Positions 9,276-18,451 of a stretch of DNA of 26,112 nucleotides are shown here, piece by piece. The translations under genes were made by a program, and so were the position numbers. The stretch covers positions 1-26,112 of the forward strand of contig JAYEGD010000290.1 of assembly GCA_034658915.1 (NCBI GenBank), read 5' to 3'. The DNA is from Campylobacterota bacterium. Lineage in GTDB: Bacteria > Campylobacterota > Campylobacteria > Campylobacterales > Sulfurimonadaceae. Numbering within the stretch: the stretch's first letter is position 1; every line of letters begins with the position of its first letter. The notes under the pieces are model-generated. The model saw only the letters and a list, made by a program, of their open reading frames with translations, made no database searches and had not been told where the DNA came from.

Positions 9276-9704
9276 TTAACTTATATCTTCTATTTTACTA
9301 CTTTTAAGTAAAACTTTTTTAGTTTGACATTCGATATATTCTAAAAAATGGTAACTGTTGTAAAAAATACTATACTGTTCATATTTCATACCAAGACTTA
9401 GTGCATCATTTTTACTGATTCTATAAACAATAAAGCTATCTTCTTTGTGCTCATCACACTTTCCAACTGTACCCTCATATTCATATTTCAAAGCCTTTAA
9501 ATCATCTTCTAACTTATGGTTGAGTATCTTGTTTTCTGCCTCTGAAAGTTCTCTATTCATAGGGTTCCATGCTGTAATAATAGCAAATGGTATATCTAAA
9601 GATAGACTCTCTTCTAACTCTTCAATACCAACCCAAATTTCTTCTGATTTATTCTTAAATAGAAATTTATTGCGTCTGTAAATATCTATGAGTTGCACAG
9701 TCAT
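9276..9704 (-). CDS. Hypothetical 142-aa protein (possibly DUF3293-like; motif FAIITAWNP)
   Basis: ORF 16 nt upstream of and co-oriented with the HExxH gene; domain guess is from memory only and weak. Confidence 0.4.
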   Translation of the reverse strand: MTVQLIDIYRRNKFLFKNKSEEIWVGIEELEESLSLDIPFAIITAWNPMNRELSEAENKILNHKLEDDLKALKYEYEGTVGKCDEHKEDSFIVYRISKNDALSLGMKYEQYSIFYNSYHFLEYIECQTKKVLLKSSKIEDIS

Positions 9705-9768
9705 TTAATACTCAACCACAACACAAAGCTTTTTTATAAACATCCATATCTTCTCTTTTTCCTACTGC

Positions 9769-9774
9769 TATAAT
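9769..9774 (+). promoter_or_regulatory. Candidate -10 box (tataat) for a plus-strand small transcript
   Basis: Perfect TATAAT about 60 nt upstream of an intrinsic terminator on the same strand; no protein-coding ORF between them. Confidence 0.3.
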
Positions 9775-9830
9775 GTAAATCATAACCTCGTCCTCAATAG
9801 TTTCATTCTATGGAGCGGTAAAAAGCTTTT

Positions 9831-9868
9831 AAAGGTCAAAGGATTAATTACCCTTTGACCTTTTTTTT
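9831..9868 (+). terminator. Rho-independent terminator: stem aaaggtcaaagg / cctttgaccttt, loop attaattac, followed by T8
   Basis: 9-12 bp inverted repeat followed by eight T on the plus strand; could also act weakly for the minus-strand ybeD operon. Confidence 0.6.
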
Positions 9869-9908
9869 GCCCTCCTAGAATATTTTAACCCATTTCCCAA
9901 CATCATTG

Positions 9909-9940
9909 TTATAGCAAAAGAACTATAAAACCATCTTTAT
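9909..9940 (+). repeat. Right copy of the 32-bp direct repeat (candidate attR), overlapping the last four codons and stop of the ybeD-like gene
   Basis: Identical to 5845-5876; its reverse complement reads aag atg gtt tta tag = K M V L stop of the 9923..10192 ORF. Confidence 0.9.
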
Positions 9941-10192
9941 GTTTTGATGTGCTTTTAGGGCTTCGTAGATGAAGTTTCTGTCATCTTCATTATGAACTAG
10001 TAGGTCTAAGTTCATACTTATGTACTTGCCGCTTCCACTTTTATTTGAGTGAGCTAGTTTATGCTCTCTTGTCTCAATTGCACTATGTATCGCTTTTTCA
10101 ATTGCCTCTTTCTCATAGCCTATTAGCTTGTAAGTCCAATTGCAAGGATACTCTAGCTCTAACTTCTCTTTACTATCGTTTATAACTTCCAC
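9923..10192 (-). CDS. YbeD/DUF493 (UPF0250) family protein
   Basis: 89-aa protein with the conserved [11 protein letters not shown] start typical of this family. Confidence 0.7.
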   Translation of the reverse strand: MEVINDSKEKLELEYPCNWTYKLIGYEKEAIEKAIHSAIETREHKLAHSNKSGSGKYISMNLDLLVHNEDDRNFIYEALKAHQNIKMVL

Positions 10193-10637
10193 TTTTTCCT
10201 CCTACTTTTGACTCTAGTTGAATATCTGTAATTATCATTGACTTATCTATCGCTTTTATCATGTCATAGATTGTTAAAAGTCCAACACTTACACCTGTTA
10301 ATGCTTCCATCTCAACACCAGTTTGACCTGTAAGTTTTGCTGTTACAAATAGTTTAAAGCCATCTTCTAACTCTTTAACATCACAGTTTATACCACTTAA
10401 ATTAAGTGGATGACACATCGGAATCAGTTCACTTGTTTTTTTAGTTGCCATAATTGCTGCAACAATTGCAGTTTGTAAAACAGGACCTTTTTTTGATTTT
10501 TCATTAACAATTATGTCATACGCTTCACTGCTCATATGAATTTTGCCACTTGCAACTGCTACTCTTGTTGTCTCAGTTTTTTCACTAACATCAACCATTT
10601 TTGGTCTATCTTTTTCATCTAAATGTGTTAGACTCAT
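10173..10637 (-). CDS. moaC: Cyclic pyranopterin monophosphate synthase accessory protein MoaC
   Basis: 154 aa; conserved MoaC segments ([32 protein letters not shown]). Confidence 0.9.
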   Translation of the reverse strand: MSLTHLDEKDRPKMVDVSEKTETTRVAVASGKIHMSSEAYDIIVNEKSKKGPVLQTAIVAAIMATKKTSELIPMCHPLNLSGINCDVKELEDGFKLFVTAKLTGQTGVEMEALTGVSVGLLTIYDMIKAIDKSMIITDIQLESKVGGKSGSYKR

Positions 10638-11214
10638 CTGCTATCCTTACTGCTTTATTGTACTCGTCTTTGTAATTTAAGTTCATAAACTCATCTTCAC
10701 TCTCACATGTAATTAGTTTTGAGTTTGAATTTTTTATTAGTTTTCCTAAACGGTGGTTTTTATCTTCTACCATTTTTTGAAATGTCTCTTTTAACTTTGT
10801 GCTATAGACCCCACACATGGGTTGCATTCCACTACATGTAGAAGCTACTGTAATGTCGTAACCATCTGAGCTATTAATTAACTTTAAAATTGTCTCTTTT
10901 GTAACAAATGGGGTATCTACACTAATAACAAAAAGAGAGTCACTTTTCAAATATTCACAGCAACTAAGTAGTGCTACTGTTGGTGCGCTATCTTCACTTA
11001 TTCTCAAATCTTCAATGAAATTTGCTTGAAAATCAAACTTATCTTTTGACTTTGTGCTTATATATACCTCTGAAAATATCCTGCTCATCTTCACATGTAG
11101 ATACTCACTAAGCGTTTCAAAACCTCCAAAAGGTAAAAGAGCTTTGTCCTCTCCCATTCGAGAGCTTTTCCCACCTGCTAAAATAACACATGGGACTTCA
11201 CAAAGTTGTTGCAT
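10615..11214 (-). CDS. mobA: Molybdenum cofactor guanylyltransferase MobA
   Basis: N-terminal [19 protein letters not shown] nucleotidyltransferase motif; adjacent to moaC. Confidence 0.85.
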   Translation of the reverse strand: MQQLCEVPCVILAGGKSSRMGEDKALLPFGGFETLSEYLHVKMSRIFSEVYISTKSKDKFDFQANFIEDLRISEDSAPTVALLSCCEYLKSDSLFVISVDTPFVTKETILKLINSSDGYDITVASTCSGMQPMCGVYSTKLKETFQKMVEDKNHRLGKLIKNSNSKLITCESEDEFMNLNYKDEYNKAVRIADESNTFR

Positions 11215-11741
11215 TAGTGAACTTTCAAGCTAGTCTTATCAGCTGTTTTTGTAAAATATCTAGGATATGGCATAGAGACATTAAAGAATTTAGTACTTCC
11301 AGGTGGTAGGTTTTTAACCACTATGAAATCATTTGATACTTGTTGAACCTTTGTATCGTTTGTGAACAGGTCATCAAATCCATTTCTTGGCTCGTACATA
11401 GTTCCTGGCTCATAGTAGTTAATATCTCCACGATTTACAAGCTCAACACTAAGTTTTACAAAGCCTATTTTGTACTTTCCAACATTTTTAATGTAACCAC
11501 TATAATAGACTTTATTGTTCATTTTTCTAACTTTTAATTTTGTTAGTTTTGCTTTTTTTAGGTATGTGTCCATGACAGACAAAACAATTCCTGCAAAGAC
11601 TAAAGTACCAACAATCAGTGCAATTGAAACAACTAGTTGAGACTTTTTTTCCACACTCTTAAATGTTGCAAAAAGCATCAAAGCAAGACCTATAAGTAGT
11701 AGTGCTATGACACCATAATGCCAAACAGTTAAATACATCAT
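11214..11741 (-). CDS. Hypothetical membrane protein (2 N-terminal TM helices plus a ~110-aa C-terminal domain)
   Basis: Hydrophobic N-terminus; C-terminal domain shares an SGYIKNVGKYK-type motif with the neighbouring ORF (paralog). Confidence 0.5.
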   Translation of the reverse strand: MMYLTVWHYGVIALLLIGLALMLFATFKSVEKKSQLVVSIALIVGTLVFAGIVLSVMDTYLKKAKLTKLKVRKMNNKVYYSGYIKNVGKYKIGFVKLSVELVNRGDINYYEPGTMYEPRNGFDDLFTNDTKVQQVSNDFIVVKNLPPGSTKFFNVSMPYPRYFTKTADKTSLKVH

Positions 11742-11753
11742 AACTTTATCCTC

Positions 11754-12278
11754 CTATTTACACTGAACATCAACACTTACGTTAAAGTCTTTTGAGTAGT
11801 TGAATGGTTCCAATATGACTTTGTATTGACTACTCTCACTTTTAAGTATCGGTTTATTAATAACTATCGACCCTCTTTTAAAAGGGTTAAGTTTATATAT
11901 CTGCGTAACAATAGAGTATTTGTTAACTTTATATGCTGCTGCTTCAACTTCACAAGATTTAAAATTTCTCTTTGAAACGTTTTTAATTTCACCAGAGACA
12001 ATAACTGCATGTGAAAACTCTAACTCTTTAACAATGTCAATACTATGAGTAGTTTTAAAGAGCCATTTATGTAGTTCAATGTAGCCTAATGTTGGACCAA
12101 GAAGTAAAATAAAAAAAGATACTATAATAAGAAAAATAGATAAAAAAAGTTTTTTATAGAGAGCAATTGCTAAAAGAAGCGTAATTAAAAATAGTGCTAA
12201 TACAGAAGCAAATAAGATGTAGTCATAGGGAATTAGTTGTGCTATAAACTCCGTTACTTTTGCTTTTGCATTAATCAT
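11754..12278 (-). CDS. Hypothetical membrane protein, paralog of 11214..11741
   Basis: Same architecture; motif SGEIKNVSKRN aligns with SGYIKNVGKYK of the neighbour. Confidence 0.5.
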   Translation of the reverse strand: MINAKAKVTEFIAQLIPYDYILFASVLALFLITLLLAIALYKKLFLSIFLIIVSFFILLLGPTLGYIELHKWLFKTTHSIDIVKELEFSHAVIVSGEIKNVSKRNFKSCEVEAAAYKVNKYSIVTQIYKLNPFKRGSIVINKPILKSESSQYKVILEPFNYSKDFNVSVDVQCK

Positions 12279-12281
12279 GAT

Positions 12282-12962
12282 TTAATCTTTTCTCGAATTT
12301 TTTTCCGCTATTCCACTCATATTAAATCTTCTTGAAAGCTCTTGTTTTACTCTATCTGGAGAGATGTTTTTGTAGCCTAGAGCAACTAACATATGGTATG
12401 TTAAATCTGCTGCTTCATAAATCATCTCATCTTCATCACTATCTTTTAGAGCAAAACAGAACTCACCAGCCTCTTCAATAACTTTTTTCAAAATTGTGTT
12501 TTCACCTTTAGCAAAAAGTTTTGCAGTCCAAGATGAGTCTGGGTCTGCATTTTTACGCTCTAAAATCGTATGATAGAGTGTGTCAATAACGCCATACATA
12601 GCGTCAGTTTCAACCTCAACACTACTACATGTAGAGCCACTCTCAAGCTCTGTAAAAAAGCATGAACGCCTACCTGTATGACATGCAACACCATCTTGTG
12701 CAACTTTAATTAAAAGAGTGTCATTATCACAATCAATATTGAAAGACTTAATGTGTTGTAGATGGTTAGAGCTTTCACCCTTTTTCCAAATTCTCTGTTT
12801 TGAACGTGAAAAGTAGTGAGCTAGTTTTGTCTCTAAAGATAGCGTTAGAGCCTCTTTGTTCATGTAAGCCATCATTAAAACTTCAGAGTTTTCATAATCT
12901 TGCACAATAACAGGGAGAAGCTCGCACTTCTCCCAATCGACTCTATTTAAAATCTCTTCCAT
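12282..12962 (-). CDS. hisIE: Bifunctional phosphoribosyl-AMP cyclohydrolase / phosphoribosyl-ATP pyrophosphatase HisIE
   Basis: N-terminal HisI region (LPVIVQD...CHTGRRSCFF) and C-terminal HisE MazG-like region (LEEAGE...EAADLLYH-like). Confidence 0.85.
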   Translation of the reverse strand: MEEILNRVDWEKCELLPVIVQDYENSEVLMMAYMNKEALTLSLETKLAHYFSRSKQRIWKKGESSNHLQHIKSFNIDCDNDTLLIKVAQDGVACHTGRRSCFFTELESGSTCSSVEVETDAMYGVIDTLYHTILERKNADPDSSWTAKLFAKGENTILKKVIEEAGEFCFALKDSDEDEMIYEAADLTYHMLVALGYKNISPDRVKQELSRRFNMSGIAEKNSRKD

Positions 12963-14080
12963 TATTTAGAACTAACTCTTTTTTGAGCATCTTTTGTATC
13001 TACCCAAATGTTTGGAGTAGATCCACCAGGTGTTAAGAATATTTTTGCATCTTTATTAACTTTTAGAGCTTCATTAAACTTACCTTGAACATGAATTTGC
13101 TCTAAGTGTAGAAGTTTTTCAGTTAAAGATTTTGAAATTAAAAGGTTCGCTTTTGCTTGTGCATCTGCTTCAATAGTAATTGCATCTGCTGCACCTGTTG
13201 CTGCAATTTTAACTGCATTTGCTTTACCTTGCGCATCAGCTTCACGTTTTAGAGCCTCTTGTTTTGCACGTTGAACCTCTTGTTCTGCACGTTGAACCTC
13301 TTGTTTTGCAATTTGAACACGCTCTATTTGATCTTTTACTTTTGTAGGTAAAATTATTTCACGAAGTTGCACAGATTGTAAAATGGCAGGAGAGTTCTTT
13401 TGAGACTCAACACTTTGACTAATTCCATCATCAATCTGCTTTGCAATTGTGTTACGCATTGTAGGAAGTGACTCTGCATCATACTTACCAACAACATTTC
13501 TTACAACATCACGAACAACAGGACTAATGATTTTGTCTTCCCAGCTAAAGCCCCAATTTGAGATTGTTTGAGCTGCAAATTGTGAGTTAAGACGGTACTG
13601 AACAGTCAGCTCAATAGAGACAGGAAGACCACGTTTATCAAGAACTGTAATTGCAGGTTTTGCATTAATTCCATCACTTCCACCCATAGTAGAGCGCTCA
13701 ATTTTATTTACATAGTTAATAATACGTACTTTAGTATCTACTAAATATACTTTTTGAATTATTGGTACAATAAAGTGAAGACCAGGAAGTAAAGTATGCT
13801 CTTGGTACTTACCATTAGTTGCCAAAATACCACGCTCACCCTCTGTAATAATTACAAATGGTTTAGAGATGACTAAAAATAGAATTATTGCTAAAACAAA
13901 GTAGATAATTCCAGCTTTTCCACCACCAAAGTTAAAGTCTATCTTAGGCATATTAGGAGGAGTGAAGTTTCCACCACCACCGTTTCCACCGTTTCCACCG
14001 TTTCCACCACTTCCACCGCCAGAGCCACTTTTACTCTCTTTTTTCTTCTTGTTAAAATAATCATTCATATCTGTTGCCAA
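12962..14080 (-). CDS. SPFH/band-7 (prohibitin-like) membrane protein with a Gly/Asn-rich N-terminus
   Basis: N-terminal GGGSGGNGGNGGNGGGG, one TM helix, SPFH-like core, C-terminal coiled region containing the tandem repeat QEVQRAEQEVQRAKQEA. Confidence 0.7.
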   Translation of the reverse strand: MATDMNDYFNKKKKESKSGSGGGSGGNGGNGGNGGGGNFTPPNMPKIDFNFGGGKAGIIYFVLAIILFLVISKPFVIITEGERGILATNGKYQEHTLLPGLHFIVPIIQKVYLVDTKVRIINYVNKIERSTMGGSDGINAKPAITVLDKRGLPVSIELTVQYRLNSQFAAQTISNWGFSWEDKIISPVVRDVVRNVVGKYDAESLPTMRNTIAKQIDDGISQSVESQKNSPAILQSVQLREIILPTKVKDQIERVQIAKQEVQRAEQEVQRAKQEALKREADAQGKANAVKIAATGAADAITIEADAQAKANLLISKSLTEKLLHLEQIHVQGKFNEALKVNKDAKIFLTPGGSTPNIWVDTKDAQKRVSSK

Positions 14081-14121
14081 TTTGTATCCTTGTTTAAATT
14101 TATTTTCTAATTTTTATGTGG

Positions 14122-15039
14122 TTAAACATATGTCAAATAATGGTTATATTTCTCATTTCTTCCAAAGACAATATCAAAATATGTGCTTTGAATTACTTCA
14201 GTAATAGTTCCACGACTTCCACATCCAATAACTCTAGCATCAACTTCACGTACTGGTGTTATCTCTGCTGCTGTTCCTGTTAAAAATGCTTCATCTGCAA
14301 TGTAAATCTCTTCACGAGTAATACGACGACGCTCAACTTCATAGCCCATATCTTTAGCTATTTCAATTACTGTTTTTTGAGTGATTGACTCTAGTGTATT
14401 GTCACTTGGTGGAGATATTAGCTTACCATCACGAACCATAAAAAAACACGCTCCACTAGCTTCTGCCACATAACCTTGATCATCTAGTAAAAGTGCTTCA
14501 TCATAACCACAATCAATAGCCTCATATTTTGCCATTTGAGAGTTAAGGTAGTTAGCAGTAGCTTTTGCTTTACCCATATTTGAAGTGTTTGCTGCTCTAG
14601 TCATAGATGCAATTTTAAGTTTAATCCCAGATTTTAACCCCTCTTCGCCCAAATAAGCACCCCACTCCCATGCTGCTAAAACAGTCTCAACAGGTGCGTC
14701 TTTGTGGTAAACACCCATAACACCATATCCTAAAAATGCAAAAGGACGAATATAGACATTATCACCCTCAAACTCATTTTTTTTGAGTAGTTCAAGCTGT
14801 GCATTGTTAAGCTCTTCAACACTGTATGGAATATCAATAAGTGTCATTTTAGCTGACTCAATTAGACGTTTTGTGTGATCATTTAGACGAAAAATTGCGT
14901 AACCTTTGTCTGTTTTATAAGCTTTAGTTCCCTCAATAACACCATTTCCATAGTGTAAAGTGTGTGATAAAACGTGAGTTGTAGCATCTTGCCACGGTTT
15001 AAACTCACCATTCATCCATATAACTTTTGCTGCATCCAT
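14122..15039 (-). CDS. ilvE: Branched-chain amino acid aminotransferase
   Basis: 305 aa, class IV aminotransferase pattern (WMNGEF..W.DA..HVL.H.LHYG..V.EG.KAY); EAFLTGTAAEI region. Confidence 0.85.
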   Translation of the reverse strand: MDAAKVIWMNGEFKPWQDATTHVLSHTLHYGNGVIEGTKAYKTDKGYAIFRLNDHTKRLIESAKMTLIDIPYSVEELNNAQLELLKKNEFEGDNVYIRPFAFLGYGVMGVYHKDAPVETVLAAWEWGAYLGEEGLKSGIKLKIASMTRAANTSNMGKAKATANYLNSQMAKYEAIDCGYDEALLLDDQGYVAEASGACFFMVRDGKLISPPSDNTLESITQKTVIEIAKDMGYEVERRRITREEIYIADEAFLTGTAAEITPVREVDARVIGCGSRGTITEVIQSTYFDIVFGRNEKYNHYLTYV

Positions 15040-15109
15040 TATGTAGTTCTCCAGATTAAAATTAGATGATTTTACCTTTATTGTGTTTTAATTTTGATAA
15101 AATGCATAA

Positions 15110-15667
15110 ATGAATAAAAAAAATTTATGTGGAATTGATGAGGCGGGGCGTGGTTGCATTGCTGGAAGTTTGGTTGTGACGGGTTTGGTGTTGCATAAAA
15201 GAGTGGATGGTTTAAGAGACTCAAAAAAGTTGAACGAGAGAAGACGTGAAGAGTTGTATGATGTAATTTTGCAAAATTCTACATCAAAAAGCGTAATATA
15301 TAGTGCAGTTGAAATAGATGAAATTGGTCTCTCAAAAGCAATATCTTTAGCGTTAGAGAAGATTAAAGAGGCTCTACATGTAGATGAGTACTTGTTTGAT
15401 GGAAACTCAACTTTTGGAGTCTTGGGTATAACAACTATGGTAAAAGCTGATGATAAAGTAGATGAGGTGAGAGCTGCTTCAATAGTTGCAAAAGTAACTC
15501 GTGATAGGTTAATGATTGAGGCTTCTAAAGTTTATCCGCAGTACAAATTTGAGAAGCATAAAGGTTATGGGACAGCTTTACATGTAGAGCTAATTAAAGA
15601 ACATGGATATTGCGTAGAGCATAGAAGAACATTTAAGTTAAAGGCATTGGAGGGAACACTATTTTGA
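15110..15667 (+). CDS. rnhB: Ribonuclease HII
   Basis: N-terminal GIDEAGRGCIAGSLVV active-site motif; 185 aa. Confidence 0.9.
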   Translation: MNKKNLCGIDEAGRGCIAGSLVVTGLVLHKRVDGLRDSKKLNERRREELYDVILQNSTSKSVIYSAVEIDEIGLSKAISLALEKIKEALHVDEYLFDGNSTFGVLGITTMVKADDKVDEVRAASIVAKVTRDRLMIEASKVYPQYKFEKHKGYGTALHVELIKEHGYCVEHRRTFKLKALEGTLF

Positions 15668-15897
15668 AAACAATAAAATTTATAGAAGATGCACTAATGA
15701 GTGTGGATGATGATGTTATGGAGTTGTTGTCAAACATGAAACTCTCTCAAAATGAGAAAGATGATTTAATGTTGCCACTGCTTCATCAAAAAAAGGTTTT
15801 AACACAAACATTGAGTGATTTGGAGTATTTGAAGCAAAATCCACCAACTCCAAAAAGTGGATGTAAAGCTGGAAGTTTTAGGGATGAAGAGAGTTGA
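15664..15897 (+). CDS. Hypothetical 77-aa protein
   Basis: ORF with 4-nt overlaps to both neighbours (translationally coupled); no recognisable motif. Confidence 0.4.
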   Translation: MKTIKFIEDALMSVDDDVMELLSNMKLSQNEKDDLMLPLLHQKKVLTQTLSDLEYLKQNPPTPKSGCKAGSFRDEES

Positions 15898-16370
15898 AGT
15901 TTGTTCTACTTTTTTTGTTTGTTACATCATTAGCCGCGCAGAGATATAATTTTGATGAGTCACGCTACATTAGTGCAATTTCTCAAACTTTTAAAAAGAG
16001 TGGGGTGATAGTAATTGAAGATGATAGTGTTCAAATTAGCTACAATAAACCAACTTTTTACAAAATAACTCTTAATAAAAATGGTGTTAGTATTGAAGAT
16101 GACTCAAAAAACATTACGCAACTAAAAGGAAAAAAACTACTCTTTTCAAAGCTCTACTTGAATTTAATTAAAGAGATAAACAAGAGTGCAACTCCAAAAA
16201 ATAGTGACTATTTTGATGTTAAAAGAGTTGAAAATGGGTATGAGTTATACCCTAAAGATGAGATGAAAAACTACATATCTAAACTATATTTACATGTAGA
16301 TGGTAATGAGTTGGTAAGTTTTAAAATTGTTATGCAAAATGAAGATGTAATTGAGATTGTGAAAAAATGA
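15894..16370 (+). CDS. Secreted LolA-like (lipoprotein-carrier-fold) protein, putative
   Basis: Signal peptide MKFVLLFLFVTSLAAQ; size and position upstream of an MMPL-type exporter resemble LolA-like components of lipid export clusters; weak. Confidence 0.35.
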   Translation: MKFVLLFLFVTSLAAQRYNFDESRYISAISQTFKKSGVIVIEDDSVQISYNKPTFYKITLNKNGVSIEDDSKNITQLKGKKLLFSKLYLNLIKEINKSATPKNSDYFDVKRVENGYELYPKDEMKNYISKLYLHVDGNELVSFKIVMQNEDVIEIVKK

Positions 16371-18451
16371 AAAAAGCTCATTTAAACTTACTTGTTTTCA
16401 TCTTTTTACTCGCTATGTTTGGAACTTTTTTCAAACATATTCATTTTAGTACAAACTTAGTAGAGCTTTTAGCTTCTAAAGATGTGACAAGACCAATTGA
16501 TATTGCAAATGAGCTAGGGTACTCAAAAGAGCTTTTTGTTAGCGTTAAGAGTTTTGATGAAAGCTCATTGAAAAAACTCCGTATTATCAAAGCTGAATTA
16601 GAGAAGTTAGAGCTAATTAATAGCGTTGAGTTAGAGCTAAAACCATCAGTTGAGGTGCAAGAGTATTTCAAGAAAAACTACTACATTTTAGCAGACTTCA
16701 ACTCCACAACATTGAGTGAAAATCAACTACATGTAAAGCTTGAAAAACTCTACAACAAAAGCATAAACTCTTTTATTTATGAGCCTCTCAACACGAGTGA
16801 CCCATTAGGGCTATTTGAGTTTAAAGTCTCAAACTACGAGAGCTATTTGAAGTTAGATGAGTTTGGTTATATGTTAAAAGCTTCTACTTCAGCGTCTCTA
16901 TCTAACATGAAAAATGCAAAGAGTATGTATGATGAGGTGCATGAAATTTTACAAAAATATCCTGATGCTATCTCTTTTGCTCCATTTTATTTTTTAGTAG
17001 AAAATTCAAGCTACATCAAAAGTGATGCAACTAATATTATTCTTTTCTCAACTGCTCTTTTACTACTTCTTTACATTGTAATTTTGAAAAATTTTAGGCT
17101 ATTTTTTCACACAATTGTTGCAATTTCTAGCTCAGTTTTGAGTGCTATTTTACTAACTTCACTCTTTTTTGAGAGCATTAACATTATGGTGTTGGCATTT
17201 GGAATAAGCATTACAACTATCTCAATTGACTATATGTTTCACTACTATTTTCATAATGAATTTTCACATCAACACCCAATTAAAAACAAAAAAGTATTTC
17301 TAGGTTTTCTTACAACTGTTGGTGTATTTGTTATTTTTAGTTTTATTGATATTAAACTTTTTGAACAACTTAGCATTTTTAGCGCAATCTCACTGAGTGT
17401 TGCTTACTTACTTTTTAGTTATGTTTTTATCTACTTGAGCATAGAGCCTCCAAAAGTTATTAAGAGTTCAAAAAAGAGCAGAGATATAAACTTGCTATAT
17501 GTAATGAGTGCTTGTGTGCTGATGTTAGCTTATGCATCTCAAAATTTGAGTTTCGATACAAACATAAGAAATTTAGACTACCAAAACACGAAGCTACTAA
17601 GTTTAAGTGAGCAATTTAGTAACTCACTGTCACGTGATGAGTACCAGAGCATTATAATTAGTGCATCAACTAAAGAGGGACTTCTACAACGTTATGAACA
17701 GTTAGCAAAAATAGAGCCATCGCTTCTAGGTATTGGAAAGTTTGAACTAAGCAAAAAAGAGTGCCAAAAGAGACTACATGTAATAAAAAACTACAACTTT
17801 ACAAAGCTTAAAAAAGAGCTAGAACAAAGTGCAACTTCTATTGGTTTTAACAACATATTTAAAAACTCTTATGATGGGCTAAATACTCTTACATGTAGTG
17901 TGGAAGTTCCAAAAAATATGGGTTTTAAAATAGCTTTTTATGATGGAGAGTTTCACACTTTAGCACTAATAAATGAAGATGTAAACATAGAGAATATGCA
18001 AGGAGCAAGCTCTCTACATGTAAGTAAAATTCTCTCAAAAAGTATTGAGTTTATGAAAGAGCAACTTCTTGTTTTTATGGCGCTATCTTTTGCTTTTATT
18101 TTAGCTCTGCTTTTTTTCATGGCAAAGAGTAGATTTTTAGAGCCTCTTAGTTATGTTTTGCTTCCTCTTAGTTCTGTTTTGTTTGTTATCTCATTAGTAG
18201 GTAACTTGAACATTATGCACCTCTTTGCCATTGTAATTTTAGTAGCAATTGGAATTGATTATGGCATTTACATGTACAACTCTACAACCATTTCACAAAC
18301 AACAACTGCAATAAGATATGCACTTTTAAGCACTTTTGCAGGGTTTGGAGTTTTGATTTTTAGTAGTGTTGTCGCTCTTTACTCTATTGGTTTAGTTATT
18401 AGCGTTGGAATTAGTGTCATAGCTATTTTACTTTTTTGGAAAAATTTATGA
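16367..18451 (+). CDS. MMPL/RND-superfamily membrane exporter (putative lipid exporter)
   Basis: 694 aa with two clusters of ~6 TM helices (residues ~220-350 and ~560-690), each preceded by a large soluble loop, as in MMPL/RND-type exporters. Confidence 0.6.
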   Translation: MKKAHLNLLVFIFLLAMFGTFFKHIHFSTNLVELLASKDVTRPIDIANELGYSKELFVSVKSFDESSLKKLRIIKAELEKLELINSVELELKPSVEVQEYFKKNYYILADFNSTTLSENQLHVKLEKLYNKSINSFIYEPLNTSDPLGLFEFKVSNYESYLKLDEFGYMLKASTSASLSNMKNAKSMYDEVHEILQKYPDAISFAPFYFLVENSSYIKSDATNIILFSTALLLLLYIVILKNFRLFFHTIVAISSSVLSAILLTSLFFESINIMVLAFGISITTISIDYMFHYYFHNEFSHQHPIKNKKVFLGFLTTVGVFVIFSFIDIKLFEQLSIFSAISLSVAYLLFSYVFIYLSIEPPKVIKSSKKSRDINLLYVMSACVLMLAYASQNLSFDTNIRNLDYQNTKLLSLSEQFSNSLSRDEYQSIIISASTKEGLLQRYEQLAKIEPSLLGIGKFELSKKECQKRLHVIKNYNFTKLKKELEQSATSIGFNNIFKNSYDGLNTLTCSVEVPKNMGFKIAFYDGEFHTLALINEDVNIENMQGASSLHVSKILSKSIEFMKEQLLVFMALSFAFILALLFFMAKSRFLEPLSYVLLPLSSVLFVISLVGNLNIMHLFAIVILVAIGIDYGIYMYNSTTISQTTTAIRYALLSTFAGFGVLIFSSVVALYSIGLVISVGISVIAILLFWKNL

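Noticed and set aside
5845-9940. Integrase, transposase or IS element responsible for the island
   Set aside because: None of the island ORFs shows tyrosine- or serine-recombinase or DDE motifs. The mobility mechanism is left open.
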